Positions 36,788-45,204 of a stretch of DNA of 64,000 nt are shown in pieces; the first letter of the stretch is position 1, and each line of letters begins with the position of its first letter. The position numbers and the translations under genes are program-made. The DNA is taken from assembly GCA_044226045.1 (NCBI GenBank), contig JBGAHR010000002.1, forward strand, positions 97,059-161,058, written 5' to 3'. Under the pieces are notes generated by a model, which saw nothing but the letters and a program-made list of their open reading frames with translations, had not been told where the DNA came from and made no database searches. Source of the DNA: Chitinophagaceae bacterium (GTDB taxonomy: Bacteria; Bacteroidota; Bacteroidia; Chitinophagales; Chitinophagaceae).

Positions 36788-37858
36788 TTATTTTAAGGCG
36801 GATGGAATAGAATTAGCTACCGGATGATTGGCGGTAAACCGAAAACCAAGCAACTCGGCAATCGTAGCGGCGATTTGTTTTTGATACAGCTGCCCGTTGG
36901 TTTTCACTTCACCGAGTGGCGCGCTGTCGGGACCCATCACAGCCAGCCAGATCTCATGAGCGTCTTCAATTTTGGAACCGTGGTGTTTCCAGTTTGACTT
37001 CACGAGGTCGCCTCTGCCATGATCACAGGTAATCAGCAAAGTGGTCTTATCCTTATACACAGGATTCGATTGAATATAATTCCACAGATCGCCGATCATC
37101 GCATCCTCAGCCGCTGCCGCACCAATGTACTGATCATACAGGCCACCATGCGCGTAATCATCGGTTTCATCAAAGGCAATATACAACACCCTCGGCTGAT
37201 AGCTCTTCAGGTATTCACGGGCTGCCATATAAGTGATGATATCCGGTCTTACACCAATGGGTCTCGGCGTCAGGAACTGCATATCATTCAGCACTTGCAA
37301 GGTGGGATTGGGAAAATCGATTTTTTCTACGTCGGCATTCACATATACCCCACTCCGCGGTTCATTGAGTATATATGGAAAGGCATCCCAGGTAGTGAAA
37401 GCAGCCACTTTCCCCTGGAAACCTTTTTGCTTGTTGAGAAACTCCAGCACGTTTTCGTTCTTGTTCAGGATCTTGTCATTTGAATTGACAGCCGTATCAG
37501 GATAACCAGTGAAGATTTCGTTGTATCCGGGATAAGAGAACCAATAAGGATTGGCGTTGTCTACCTTGTTTCCATAACGGCGATTGCCATATAGCTGTCC
37601 CTTTTCTGCAACAGTCTTCCAAAGAAAAGGAAACAGCCTGGCGCGGCTTTCCTGTTCGGTAGCGGCGGCATATTTGCTTTTTAACCCGTCGCGGTCGCGG
37701 GTAAACGTGGAATCAGCAGACAGGACAGGATCCAGTCCTTTAAAAATCTCCTGCCAGCGCATACCGTCAAGCGTAACGATTATTATGTTTTCAGTCTTTC
37801 TCTGAGAAGAGGCTGAAAGGGAAATGAGAAGTAACGAGTATAAAAGGATTCTTTTCAT
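36788..37858 (-). CDS. Periplasmic alkaline-phosphatase-superfamily (AlkP/phosphoglyceromutase-like) hydrolase
   Basis: Signal peptide; IIIVTLDGMRW, FSYPGY nucleophile region, DETDDYAH, TCDHGRG. Confidence 0.82.
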   Translation of the reverse strand: MKRILLYSLLLISLSASSQRKTENIIIVTLDGMRWQEIFKGLDPVLSADSTFTRDRDGLKSKYAAATEQESRARLFPFLWKTVAEKGQLYGNRRYGNKVDNANPYWFSYPGYNEIFTGYPDTAVNSNDKILNKNENVLEFLNKQKGFQGKVAAFTTWDAFPYILNEPRSGVYVNADVEKIDFPNPTLQVLNDMQFLTPRPIGVRPDIITYMAAREYLKSYQPRVLYIAFDETDDYAHGGLYDQYIGAAAAEDAMIGDLWNYIQSNPVYKDKTTLLITCDHGRGDLVKSNWKHHGSKIEDAHEIWLAVMGPDSAPLGEVKTNGQLYQKQIAATIAELLGFRFTANHPVANSIPSALK

Positions 37859-37870
37859 AAAACAAATTTT

Positions 37871-37901
37871 AAAAAAGGGCGGAACCTGGACAAGTTCCGC
37901 C
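37871..37901 (-). terminator. Intrinsic terminator-like hairpin between susD and the AlkP gene
   Basis: Minus strand GGCGGAAC TTGTCCAG GTTCCGCC CTTTTTT. Confidence 0.72.
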
Positions 37902-37957
37902 GTTCGATTTAAACTGCTCGATTGCTATTGATTTGCCCGAGATCGTTGATGAATATT

Positions 37958-39535
37958 CTATTTAACTAACCAAAGTTGTCCGTTGATATCGTCCTGTCCC
38001 CCAAACTGGGCATCCAGAGCGGCTTTCAGGTTTTCGCCATTTCTGTTTGCTTCGTAAGAAGGATAGGTCCAGCGCGAAGGAATCTTTCCGTTGTTACCGA
38101 TGCCTATACCTACACTGAAGGCAGGTACGCCGGTACGACGGAAGTTGTAATAGGCTTCCCAGCCGGAGTTCTGGAAGAAAGCCAGGTATTTTTGTTTAAG
38201 AATCTTGGTAAGACCGGCATCACCTGTCTCATATTTCACTCCTGCCTGGTTGTAATAGGTGTTGAAGTCAAAATTGAAGCTGGCAGTTGTCCAGTCGCCC
38301 AGTGATTTACCAATGGCAAGGTAGTAAGCGGTATTGGCGCCATCGTGTATGCCATAAAAGGCCTGTGATGTCTGGATACCCTTTTTATACCAGCTTTCGG
38401 CATCGCCGGTGATCCATCCACGATTGATGGCTTCTGCCATATTGAAGCAAAGTTCAGTATAGCCAACAATAATAAAATCTTCAGCCGTGAAAGTTCTGTA
38501 ATAGCGATAACGATTGATATGAGATATGCTGTAGCTCAGTGCCTGGCTCTCCATGATGTCGAGAGATACCCCTGTACCGGGTGCTACAAAGGCCCTGAAA
38601 TCCGTGGGTGACCAGCTGTTGTCGTTCACCAGTTTCCAGGCGGGCTCGCAGGTAACGAGTACGCGGGGATCTTTAATATCTGTGCAGCCTTTTACATAGG
38701 TTTCTGCCATATTATACCGCAATGCATCGAAACCAAAACTTACCGGGTTGGTAGAATAGTTATTGATGTTAGCGATATACCGATAGGAGAAATCGTCATC
38801 TGCACTGTTGAATATCGGGTTGGCGCTGGCGTTGCCGATTACTTCAGCGAAACGTTGTTTGATTTTCAAATCAGCATCTGCTTCCTTTTTGCTGAGTGCA
38901 ATCAATACACGCAGTTTAAAGGTGTTCGCCAGTTTCCTCCATTTCATGAAATCGCCCTCGTAAAAGAAATCGCCTTTGAGCGTATTGTCGTTGGCAACCC
39001 GAAGGGCTTCAAAATCCGCGTTGGCTTCATCAAGCCATTGAATGATCTGCAGGAAAACCTGTTTCTGCGAATCGTACTTGGGTTGAAGAGATTCCAGTCC
39101 TTTGGCCGCTTCACTCATTGGCACATCGCCCATCAGGGAAGTGAGGTTATAGAAATAGAAAGCTTTCAGGAATTTACCAATTGCGTGATACGGAGTCTTG
39201 TCTGAGCCGGATGCCTTCGCAGCTTCTTTTTCCATCTGAACAATATTTTTCAGAATGGAGAGGTACACATCGAATGGTCCGCCGTTCCAGTTGTATTGAT
39301 TATCGCCATAGTATTGATAATTGCGGCAATAAAACTGGTTATAACGGGCTACTGCACCCCAGGGTTCCACTCCTCCCAACCCTCCTGACAGACTGTTGAG
39401 CAATCTGTTCAGGATCAGGTTTGGCGGAACGGTAGTGGATATGTTGGGGTTTTTCTGAAGGTCTTCATACTTTTTACTGCAGGCACCCAACAACAGCACG
39501 ACTGCCAGCAGGAATATGTTTGTGATCTTTTTCAT
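37958..39535 (-). CDS. SusD/RagB family outer-membrane lipoprotein
   Basis: Lipobox LLLGAC; LTSLMGDVPMSEA, PKYDSQKQV, EAYYNFRRTG; follows SusC. Confidence 0.92.
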   Translation of the reverse strand: MKKITNIFLLAVVLLLGACSKKYEDLQKNPNISTTVPPNLILNRLLNSLSGGLGGVEPWGAVARYNQFYCRNYQYYGDNQYNWNGGPFDVYLSILKNIVQMEKEAAKASGSDKTPYHAIGKFLKAFYFYNLTSLMGDVPMSEAAKGLESLQPKYDSQKQVFLQIIQWLDEANADFEALRVANDNTLKGDFFYEGDFMKWRKLANTFKLRVLIALSKKEADADLKIKQRFAEVIGNASANPIFNSADDDFSYRYIANINNYSTNPVSFGFDALRYNMAETYVKGCTDIKDPRVLVTCEPAWKLVNDNSWSPTDFRAFVAPGTGVSLDIMESQALSYSISHINRYRYYRTFTAEDFIIVGYTELCFNMAEAINRGWITGDAESWYKKGIQTSQAFYGIHDGANTAYYLAIGKSLGDWTTASFNFDFNTYYNQAGVKYETGDAGLTKILKQKYLAFFQNSGWEAYYNFRRTGVPAFSVGIGIGNNGKIPSRWTYPSYEANRNGENLKAALDAQFGGQDDINGQLWLVK

Positions 39536-39555
39536 TTTCTGATCGCTTGTTAAGT

Positions 39556-42500
39556 TTAGAAAGTGAGATTGATGTTCACACCGAATCGACGGGTGGTTGG
39601 TGTTTGCAAATCGGAGCCGGCAGCCTGTGTGAACTGATCAGGATCCACGTCTTTGTATTTCTTGGGGAAGAAAAGCAACAGGTTCCTTCCTACAAATGAT
39701 ACTTCTGCTTTGCGAATGAAAGATTTGCCGAGAACGGAAGCCGGTAATGAATAGGTCAATGTCACTTCACGCAGTTTGGCAAATGTTTTATTGATGATAT
39801 TCAATTCCTGGATGCCTGCATACCGGCTTGCATAGTTCTGAACGGAAGTAGACTTTGTATTGGGAGCTACAGTCAGATCTTTGTAGTTGGTGATCTCACC
39901 GGTAATAGGATCAAGGATGATGTTGCCTGTAAGGGTGATGCCTGGTTGAACCAATGAACCTGCACCTACGTCATCGGGTCTGTGTTCACCCCAGAGGCCG
40001 GTAGCTGTTTCCAGGTGTCTTCCGCCCTGCAGTGTTTTCTGGCGAACATAATCATGAAATACACCACCTACTACTCCGTCAAACTGGAAGCTCAGACGAA
40101 AATCTTTATAGCTGAAGCTGTTGGTAATACCCCATGACCAGTCCGGATCGGCTTCTCCAAAAATTCTTCTGGCGCTGCCCTGTCCGGCATCTCTGAAACG
40201 CATCAGCAATCCATCGGATCCATGAACGAGCTGGCCATCGGGTGTACGGATGAATCCTTCACCATAGATCAGATCAACCGGAGAACCGTCCTTGCTCCAT
40301 GCATCGGGGTTCGGATGTTTTACCCAGCGACGATCGAATGTAGACCAGTTAGCTCCTACATTCCAGGTAAAGTTCTTGGTGCTGATGGCAGTACCTGTTA
40401 AAGAGATTTCCCAACCGCGGTTACGATAGCTGCCATAGTTGGCAATGATGCTGCTGTATCCGGATGCGGGAGAAATGATGTCTGTACGATTGTACAGCAA
40501 TTCTGACTTGGAATTGAACCAGGTTACGTTCAGGCCCAGTCGATTCTTGAAGAAACGGAGGTCGGCGCCGAGCTCAATGGTCTTTTTGTTGTCGGCTTTC
40601 AGGGTTGAATCCAGCAGACCGTCGGCATAGCTCGCTCCGAGTTCGTTGTTGTAAGTACCGCTGTTGCTGATGTTATAACCGATAGAAGTCAGATCATAAA
40701 TACCCATATTGATCGGGGAATAGTAGTTCTGACCATAACCCTGACCGGTACCGAATCCGATATTGGGCTGCGCGATGTTTGCATAGATCTGTGCGCTTCT
40801 GCCCTGTGCATAAGAGCCTCTCAATTTCAGGAAAGTGAGCTGTGATGGCAGATTCAAATAATCCGACAAAACAGTAGAGGCGCCAAAAGAAGGATAGAAA
40901 TAAGTGTTATTGCCTTTGGGCAAACTGCTGGCTTTATCCAAACGACCGGTGGCATTCAGTGTCAGGTATTTTCCCAAACCAAAATCAAAGGAATAGTAAC
41001 CACTGATGAACAGGTTCTCCAAAGCAACGGAGGCGGCTTTACCCGGACGCAAGGTATTGGCAAGCGTGTACAGTCCTGGTACACTCAGGTAATCGGTTGA
41101 AGCGAAACTTCCGTTATAGCGCGCGTTACGCACGTTTCCTCCCACAAATCCATCCACCGTAAGAAAATTCTGGAAGAATTTGCTGGCGTATTTAACCTGC
41201 ACTTCGTTATTTGCTTCGAAGAAAGTGCGGCTGTCTTCGCGATAGTCTCCCAGTCTTTCGTCGCGACCATAGGCACCGGCCGATACCGGCATCTTCTCCT
41301 GGCGGAAAATGTTATAAGTAGAAATACCCGGACGGTACATGAACTCAAAGTCTTTCGCAAACTTCCAGTTCAGGGACACATAACCATATACGTCGTTTTT
41401 ATAGTGCGGACGCAACCATTCATACACCATGAACCAGGGATTGTTGTAACGCTGGTATTCTGCATAAATCTGCTGTGTTCCGATTTTGCCCGGCTGCCAA
41501 TAATTGCGCATATCATCCATGCTCCAGTCTGCACCAGCCCAGATCACCACGTTATAGATCATACTGTTCGGACCATAGTTTACGTCCGGGAAATTGGGAG
41601 AGTACTGACGGCTGTAATTGATATCAGCGGTAACTTTCAGTTTGCTGCTGAAAGTGTAGCCGGCGCTCAGGTTGAAGTTGGTTGTATTGAGGGCCATATT
41701 GGGAACGATGGCCTTCTGATAAGTATGTCCTACCCCGAAACGCAAATCATACTTTTCCCCACTCGCTGCAACAGCAATGTGGTTGGTGCTGAGGATACCG
41801 GTATTCAGGAATTTTTTGAGGTTGTCTTTTCCACGAGCGATCCAGGGCGTGGGAATGATATTACCGGTAAACTTGGAACCATCACCGAAGGTGGTTACGT
41901 AAGTGTTACCCGGATCCACTTTACCGTCATACTGAGGGATCAACTGTCCATCGAAGCGGGGACCCCATACATCATAGTCGTTGTCGTTCACACCGCCACC
42001 AACACCATCTTTAAAGGCATACTTGCCTCTTGAACCCGGGCCGTACTGATCCTGGTAGATCGGGAAAGCCAGGAAGCCTTTATCAAACATGGTGCTTGAG
42101 TTGAACTCGATGGAGAATCCGCGTTTGTCTTTGGTGCCTTTCTTTGTATTGATAACGATCGCTCCATTACGGGCAAGGCTGCCATACAGGGCGGAAGCTG
42201 TTTGTCCTTTCAGGAAGGTGTAACTCTCGATGTCATCGGGGCTGATATTCCAGGTATCTGTAGTAATAGGAACACCATCCACTACGAACAGCACATTTCC
42301 TTCTCCACGGAAATTGATGGAAGGCTGACGCAACAGTTCGTTGTTGATGTTCACTACCAGGCCTGCCACTTTACCTTTCAAACTGTTGATGGCATTGGGT
42401 TCACGTGCTTTCACCAGCTCCGCAGTCTTCACTTCCTGGATAGAATAGGTGAGTCTTTTGGATTCCTTTTTAATACCCAGCGCTGTTACCAGCACTTCAC

Positions 42501-42825
42501 TCATCGAACGGGGATCCTGTTCAAGAGAAATTACATAGGTATTGTCATCACCGATCGTGAGTTCGGTCTTCTTGATACCTACCCCACTAAACACCAGCAC
42601 ATCGCCGGATTTAGCATTAATAACAAATGTCCCTTCGGCTGAAGTAGACACACCGGACTTGCTGTCCTTAATCATTACGGAAACACCGGGAATACCGGTT
42701 TGATCTTTGGAAGAAATGGCCTTACCAGAAATCAGTCTTGTAGCCTGTGCTTGTACAAGAAAAGGAATGGCCATCAGAAAAAACAAAGCCACCCATCTTC
42801 CAGGGGCGTGTCGAAACGCTGGCAT
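39556..42825 (-). CDS. SusC/RagA family TonB-linked outer-membrane protein
   Basis: VTALGIKKE, LFVVDGVP, PDDIESYTFLKG..ASALYGS.A.NGAIVINTKKG SusC signature; C-terminal Phe. Confidence 0.95.
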   Translation of the reverse strand: MPAFRHAPGRWVALFFLMAIPFLVQAQATRLISGKAISSKDQTGIPGVSVMIKDSKSGVSTSAEGTFVINAKSGDVLVFSGVGIKKTELTIGDDNTYVISLEQDPRSMSEVLVTALGIKKESKRLTYSIQEVKTAELVKAREPNAINSLKGKVAGLVVNINNELLRQPSINFRGEGNVLFVVDGVPITTDTWNISPDDIESYTFLKGQTASALYGSLARNGAIVINTKKGTKDKRGFSIEFNSSTMFDKGFLAFPIYQDQYGPGSRGKYAFKDGVGGGVNDNDYDVWGPRFDGQLIPQYDGKVDPGNTYVTTFGDGSKFTGNIIPTPWIARGKDNLKKFLNTGILSTNHIAVAASGEKYDLRFGVGHTYQKAIVPNMALNTTNFNLSAGYTFSSKLKVTADINYSRQYSPNFPDVNYGPNSMIYNVVIWAGADWSMDDMRNYWQPGKIGTQQIYAEYQRYNNPWFMVYEWLRPHYKNDVYGYVSLNWKFAKDFEFMYRPGISTYNIFRQEKMPVSAGAYGRDERLGDYREDSRTFFEANNEVQVKYASKFFQNFLTVDGFVGGNVRNARYNGSFASTDYLSVPGLYTLANTLRPGKAASVALENLFISGYYSFDFGLGKYLTLNATGRLDKASSLPKGNNTYFYPSFGASTVLSDYLNLPSQLTFLKLRGSYAQGRSAQIYANIAQPNIGFGTGQGYGQNYYSPINMGIYDLTSIGYNISNSGTYNNELGASYADGLLDSTLKADNKKTIELGADLRFFKNRLGLNVTWFNSKSELLYNRTDIISPASGYSSIIANYGSYRNRGWEISLTGTAISTKNFTWNVGANWSTFDRRWVKHPNPDAWSKDGSPVDLIYGEGFIRTPDGQLVHGSDGLLMRFRDAGQGSARRIFGEADPDWSWGITNSFSYKDFRLSFQFDGVVGGVFHDYVRQKTLQGGRHLETATGLWGEHRPDDVGAGSLVQPGITLTGNIILDPITGEITNYKDLTVAPNTKSTSVQNYASRYAGIQELNIINKTFAKLREVTLTYSLPASVLGKSFIRKAEVSFVGRNLLLFFPKKYKDVDPDQFTQAAGSDLQTPTTRRFGVNINLTF

Positions 42826-42870
42826 AAACAGAAGTTTTGATTGTTTGTGAGAGAGAATTTGATTTCAGCG

Positions 42871-42937
42871 CGAAACTATCGAGTGCGTATTAAGCGAGGT
42901 TTATCGGAAAATGAATGAATACTTAACGAAATGTTAT
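42871..42937 (-). promoter_or_regulatory. susC promoter: -7 TAGTTTCG plus five 11-bp-periodic Pho-type hexamers
   Basis: Plus-strand hexamers at 42888 TATTAA, 42899 GTTTAT, 42910 AATGAA, 42921 ACTTAA, 42932 TGTTAT. Confidence 0.72.
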
Positions 42938-42969
42938 GTAAAAATATCCGCACACGTTTGCGTAGTGAT

Positions 42970-43025
42970 TTAAAACAACGGTAACCTGCTGTTCATATTC
43001 AGTACACAATTAATAAGCTACTTTG
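42970..43025 (+). promoter_or_regulatory. plcP-like gene promoter: four phased hexamers plus -7 CTACTTTG
   Basis: 42970 TTAAAA, 42981 GTAACC, 42992 TTCATA, 43003 TACACA; -7-like box at 43018-43025. Confidence 0.62.
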
Positions 43026-43041
43026 TAAAACCCAACTCCGC

Positions 43042-43875
43042 ATGGAAAGACGCGCTGTAGATGTAGTCGTTATTTCTGATGTACACCTTGGAACATTCGG
43101 CTGTCGTGCCAAGGAACTGGTGGCTTACCTTAAAAGCATCAATCCAAACATTCTTATTCTGAATGGGGATATCATTGATGGCTGGCAGTTCTCCCGAAGA
43201 TATTTCCCTGCCACTCATATGGCGGTCATCAAAGAAATACTGAACCTGATGATGAAAGGAACAAGAGTGTTCTACATCACCGGTAATCACGATGAGCTTC
43301 TCCGCCGATACACCGATTTCAACCTGAGCAATTTTACCCTGACCGATAAACTGGTGCTGGAGATCAACAACAAGATGACCTGGATCTTCCATGGCGATGT
43401 ATTCGACAACACCACCAAAGGAAGCGCCAAACTATTGGCCAAACTGGGAAGCAATGGATACGGAATGCTCATCCTTTTCAATCGCGCGATAAACTCTTTA
43501 TTGAAGCTCGTTGGCAAAGACCCTGTTTCTATTTCCAAAAGTATCATGGCCAGTGTAAACAAGGCTGTTACCAAGATCAACGATTTTGAACAGATTGCCG
43601 CCGAACTGGCCATCGAAAAAAAATTCGATTATGTGATCTGCGGACATATTCACCAGCCACAGCAAAGAGTAATAGAAACAGAACAGGGCAAGGTCACTTA
43701 TCTGAACAGCGGCGACTGGGTAGAACATTTAACAGCCCTCGAATATCATCACGATACCTGGAAAATCTTTACCTACAACGAAAAGGATTTCGAACATACC
43801 GCTATTCAGTTTGAGGCGAATCCGAACGTGATGACGGACGAAATCAGTTTCTATATCAATTCACTGGCTATTTAA
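43042..43875 (+). CDS. Metallophosphoesterase of the UDP-2,3-diacylglucosamine diphosphatase/YbbF group (PlcP-like)
   Basis: SDVHLG, LNGDIID, GNHD, FHGD, CGHIH, NSGDW. Confidence 0.85.
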   Translation: MERRAVDVVVISDVHLGTFGCRAKELVAYLKSINPNILILNGDIIDGWQFSRRYFPATHMAVIKEILNLMMKGTRVFYITGNHDELLRRYTDFNLSNFTLTDKLVLEINNKMTWIFHGDVFDNTTKGSAKLLAKLGSNGYGMLILFNRAINSLLKLVGKDPVSISKSIMASVNKAVTKINDFEQIAAELAIEKKFDYVICGHIHQPQQRVIETEQGKVTYLNSGDWVEHLTALEYHHDTWKIFTYNEKDFEHTAIQFEANPNVMTDEISFYINSLAI

Positions 43876-43885
43876 ACAATCAGGT

Positions 43886-44920
43886 ATGAAAATATTTTAT
43901 GCAGTGCAGGCTACCGGAAACGGACACATCAGCCGCGCAATGGAGCTGCTGCCTTATTTACAGCAATATGGAAAAGTAGATATCTTTCTCAGCGGTGCCA
44001 ATAGTACCCTTTCACTCGACGGGCCAGTAAAGTATCGGAGCAAAGGCTTAAGTCTTTTCTACACCTGCGATGGCGGCCTTGATTATTCAAAAATTGTCAG
44101 CAATATCGCACCTCTGCGCATCATGAAAGAGGTAAGGGACCTGCCGGTAGAAAAATATGACCTGGTGATCAATGATTTTGATTGTATCACTTCCCTGGCC
44201 TGTTCCAAAAAGAAGATTCCATCGGTAAACTTCGGTCACCAGGCAAGCTTTCTATCACCCAATACCCCACGCCCGGAAAAACCCAGCCGGATGGGAGAAT
44301 GGATCTTAAAAAACTATGCCCGGGCCACCCACCATATCGGCCTTCACTTTCAATCCTACGACGACTTTATTTATTCCCCGGTGGTTAAAGAAGAAATTCT
44401 GAAAGCAACTCCATCCGATAAAGGATATATTACGGTTTACCTGCCCTCCTATTGTGATCAGCAATTAAAGAATACTTTCAGCCGGTTCTCCCAACATCGT
44501 TTCGAAATCTTTTCTCATCAAAAAAAGGAAATTACGTTTGAAGGTAATATTCGCTGGCTTCCGGTAGACAGGCATCAATTCAACCGCAGCCTGATTAACT
44601 GTCATGGAATTATTACCTGCGGTGGGTTTGAAACGCCTGCGGAAGCCCTGTATCTTCAAAAGAAAATCATCTCCATTCCCATCCAGGGTCAGTACGAACA
44701 GCAATGCAATGGCGCGGCATTGGCCAGGCTGGGCGTTCCCGTTCTCTCCAAAATCACCGACGACTTCGATGATCATTTCAACGGATGGATAGAACAGAAA
44801 CAATCTCCCCGGGTTACTTACGCCCATACTACAGAAGATATCATCCAAAAACTAATGCTCCGTTGCAGCAACCTCCGCTTCGAACTAGACTTCACCTATC
44901 CTGACCTGATCTTTAACTGA
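43886..44920 (+). CDS. Glycosyltransferase family protein (GT-B, MJ1255-like)
   Basis: QATGNGHISRA, LVINDF, ITCGGFETPAEALYL, QYEQQCN. Confidence 0.85.
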   Translation: MKIFYAVQATGNGHISRAMELLPYLQQYGKVDIFLSGANSTLSLDGPVKYRSKGLSLFYTCDGGLDYSKIVSNIAPLRIMKEVRDLPVEKYDLVINDFDCITSLACSKKKIPSVNFGHQASFLSPNTPRPEKPSRMGEWILKNYARATHHIGLHFQSYDDFIYSPVVKEEILKATPSDKGYITVYLPSYCDQQLKNTFSRFSQHRFEIFSHQKKEITFEGNIRWLPVDRHQFNRSLINCHGIITCGGFETPAEALYLQKKIISIPIQGQYEQQCNGAALARLGVPVLSKITDDFDDHFNGWIEQKQSPRVTYAHTTEDIIQKLMLRCSNLRFELDFTYPDLIFN

Positions 44921-44925
44921 TACGT

Positions 44926-44964
44926 ATTATTCGTATAATTCGTGTAATTCGTGTAATTCGTGTA
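44926..44964. repeat. AATTCGTGT nonamer array
   Basis: attcgtat aattcgtgt aattcgtgt aattcgtgt. Confidence 0.8.
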
Positions 44965-44965
44965 C

Positions 44966-44998
44966 AAAAAAAAGGTCCCCTGGTAGAAACCAGGGGAC
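44966..44998 (-). terminator. Minus-strand intrinsic terminator with GT-TTCT-AC loop and no upstream CDS
   Basis: GTCCCCTGGT AGAA ACCAGGGGAC perfect stem with A8 on the plus side. Confidence 0.8.
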
Positions 44999-45065
44999 AC
45001 TGTCACATGAGAAAAATTCTGATTAGATAACCAAAACGTATCATTGAATAACCAAAAGAACTACG
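44966..45065 (-). ncRNA. Candidate small RNA (about 100 nt)
   Basis: Lies between two minus-strand terminators; internal TTTTGGTTAT x2; upstream Pho-type hexamers; no ORF of note. Confidence 0.35.
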
Positions 45066-45142
45066 GGCTGCAAGTTGCAGTTGGAATGTTACTTCAACGT
45101 GAAAGACTGTTATGCTACTATTAATAGTTTCGAAGGGTCCAT

Positions 45143-45172
45143 AAAAAAACCTCCCCCGTAAAACGGAGGAGG
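45143..45172 (-). terminator. Terminator of the TBDR-lipoprotein operon
   Basis: CCTCCCCCGT AAA ACGGAGGAGG with a G-U pair on minus; A7 on plus. Confidence 0.78.
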
Positions 45173-45204
45173 CTGTACATCGAAAAAGAGTATGTGCGTA
45201 GGGA

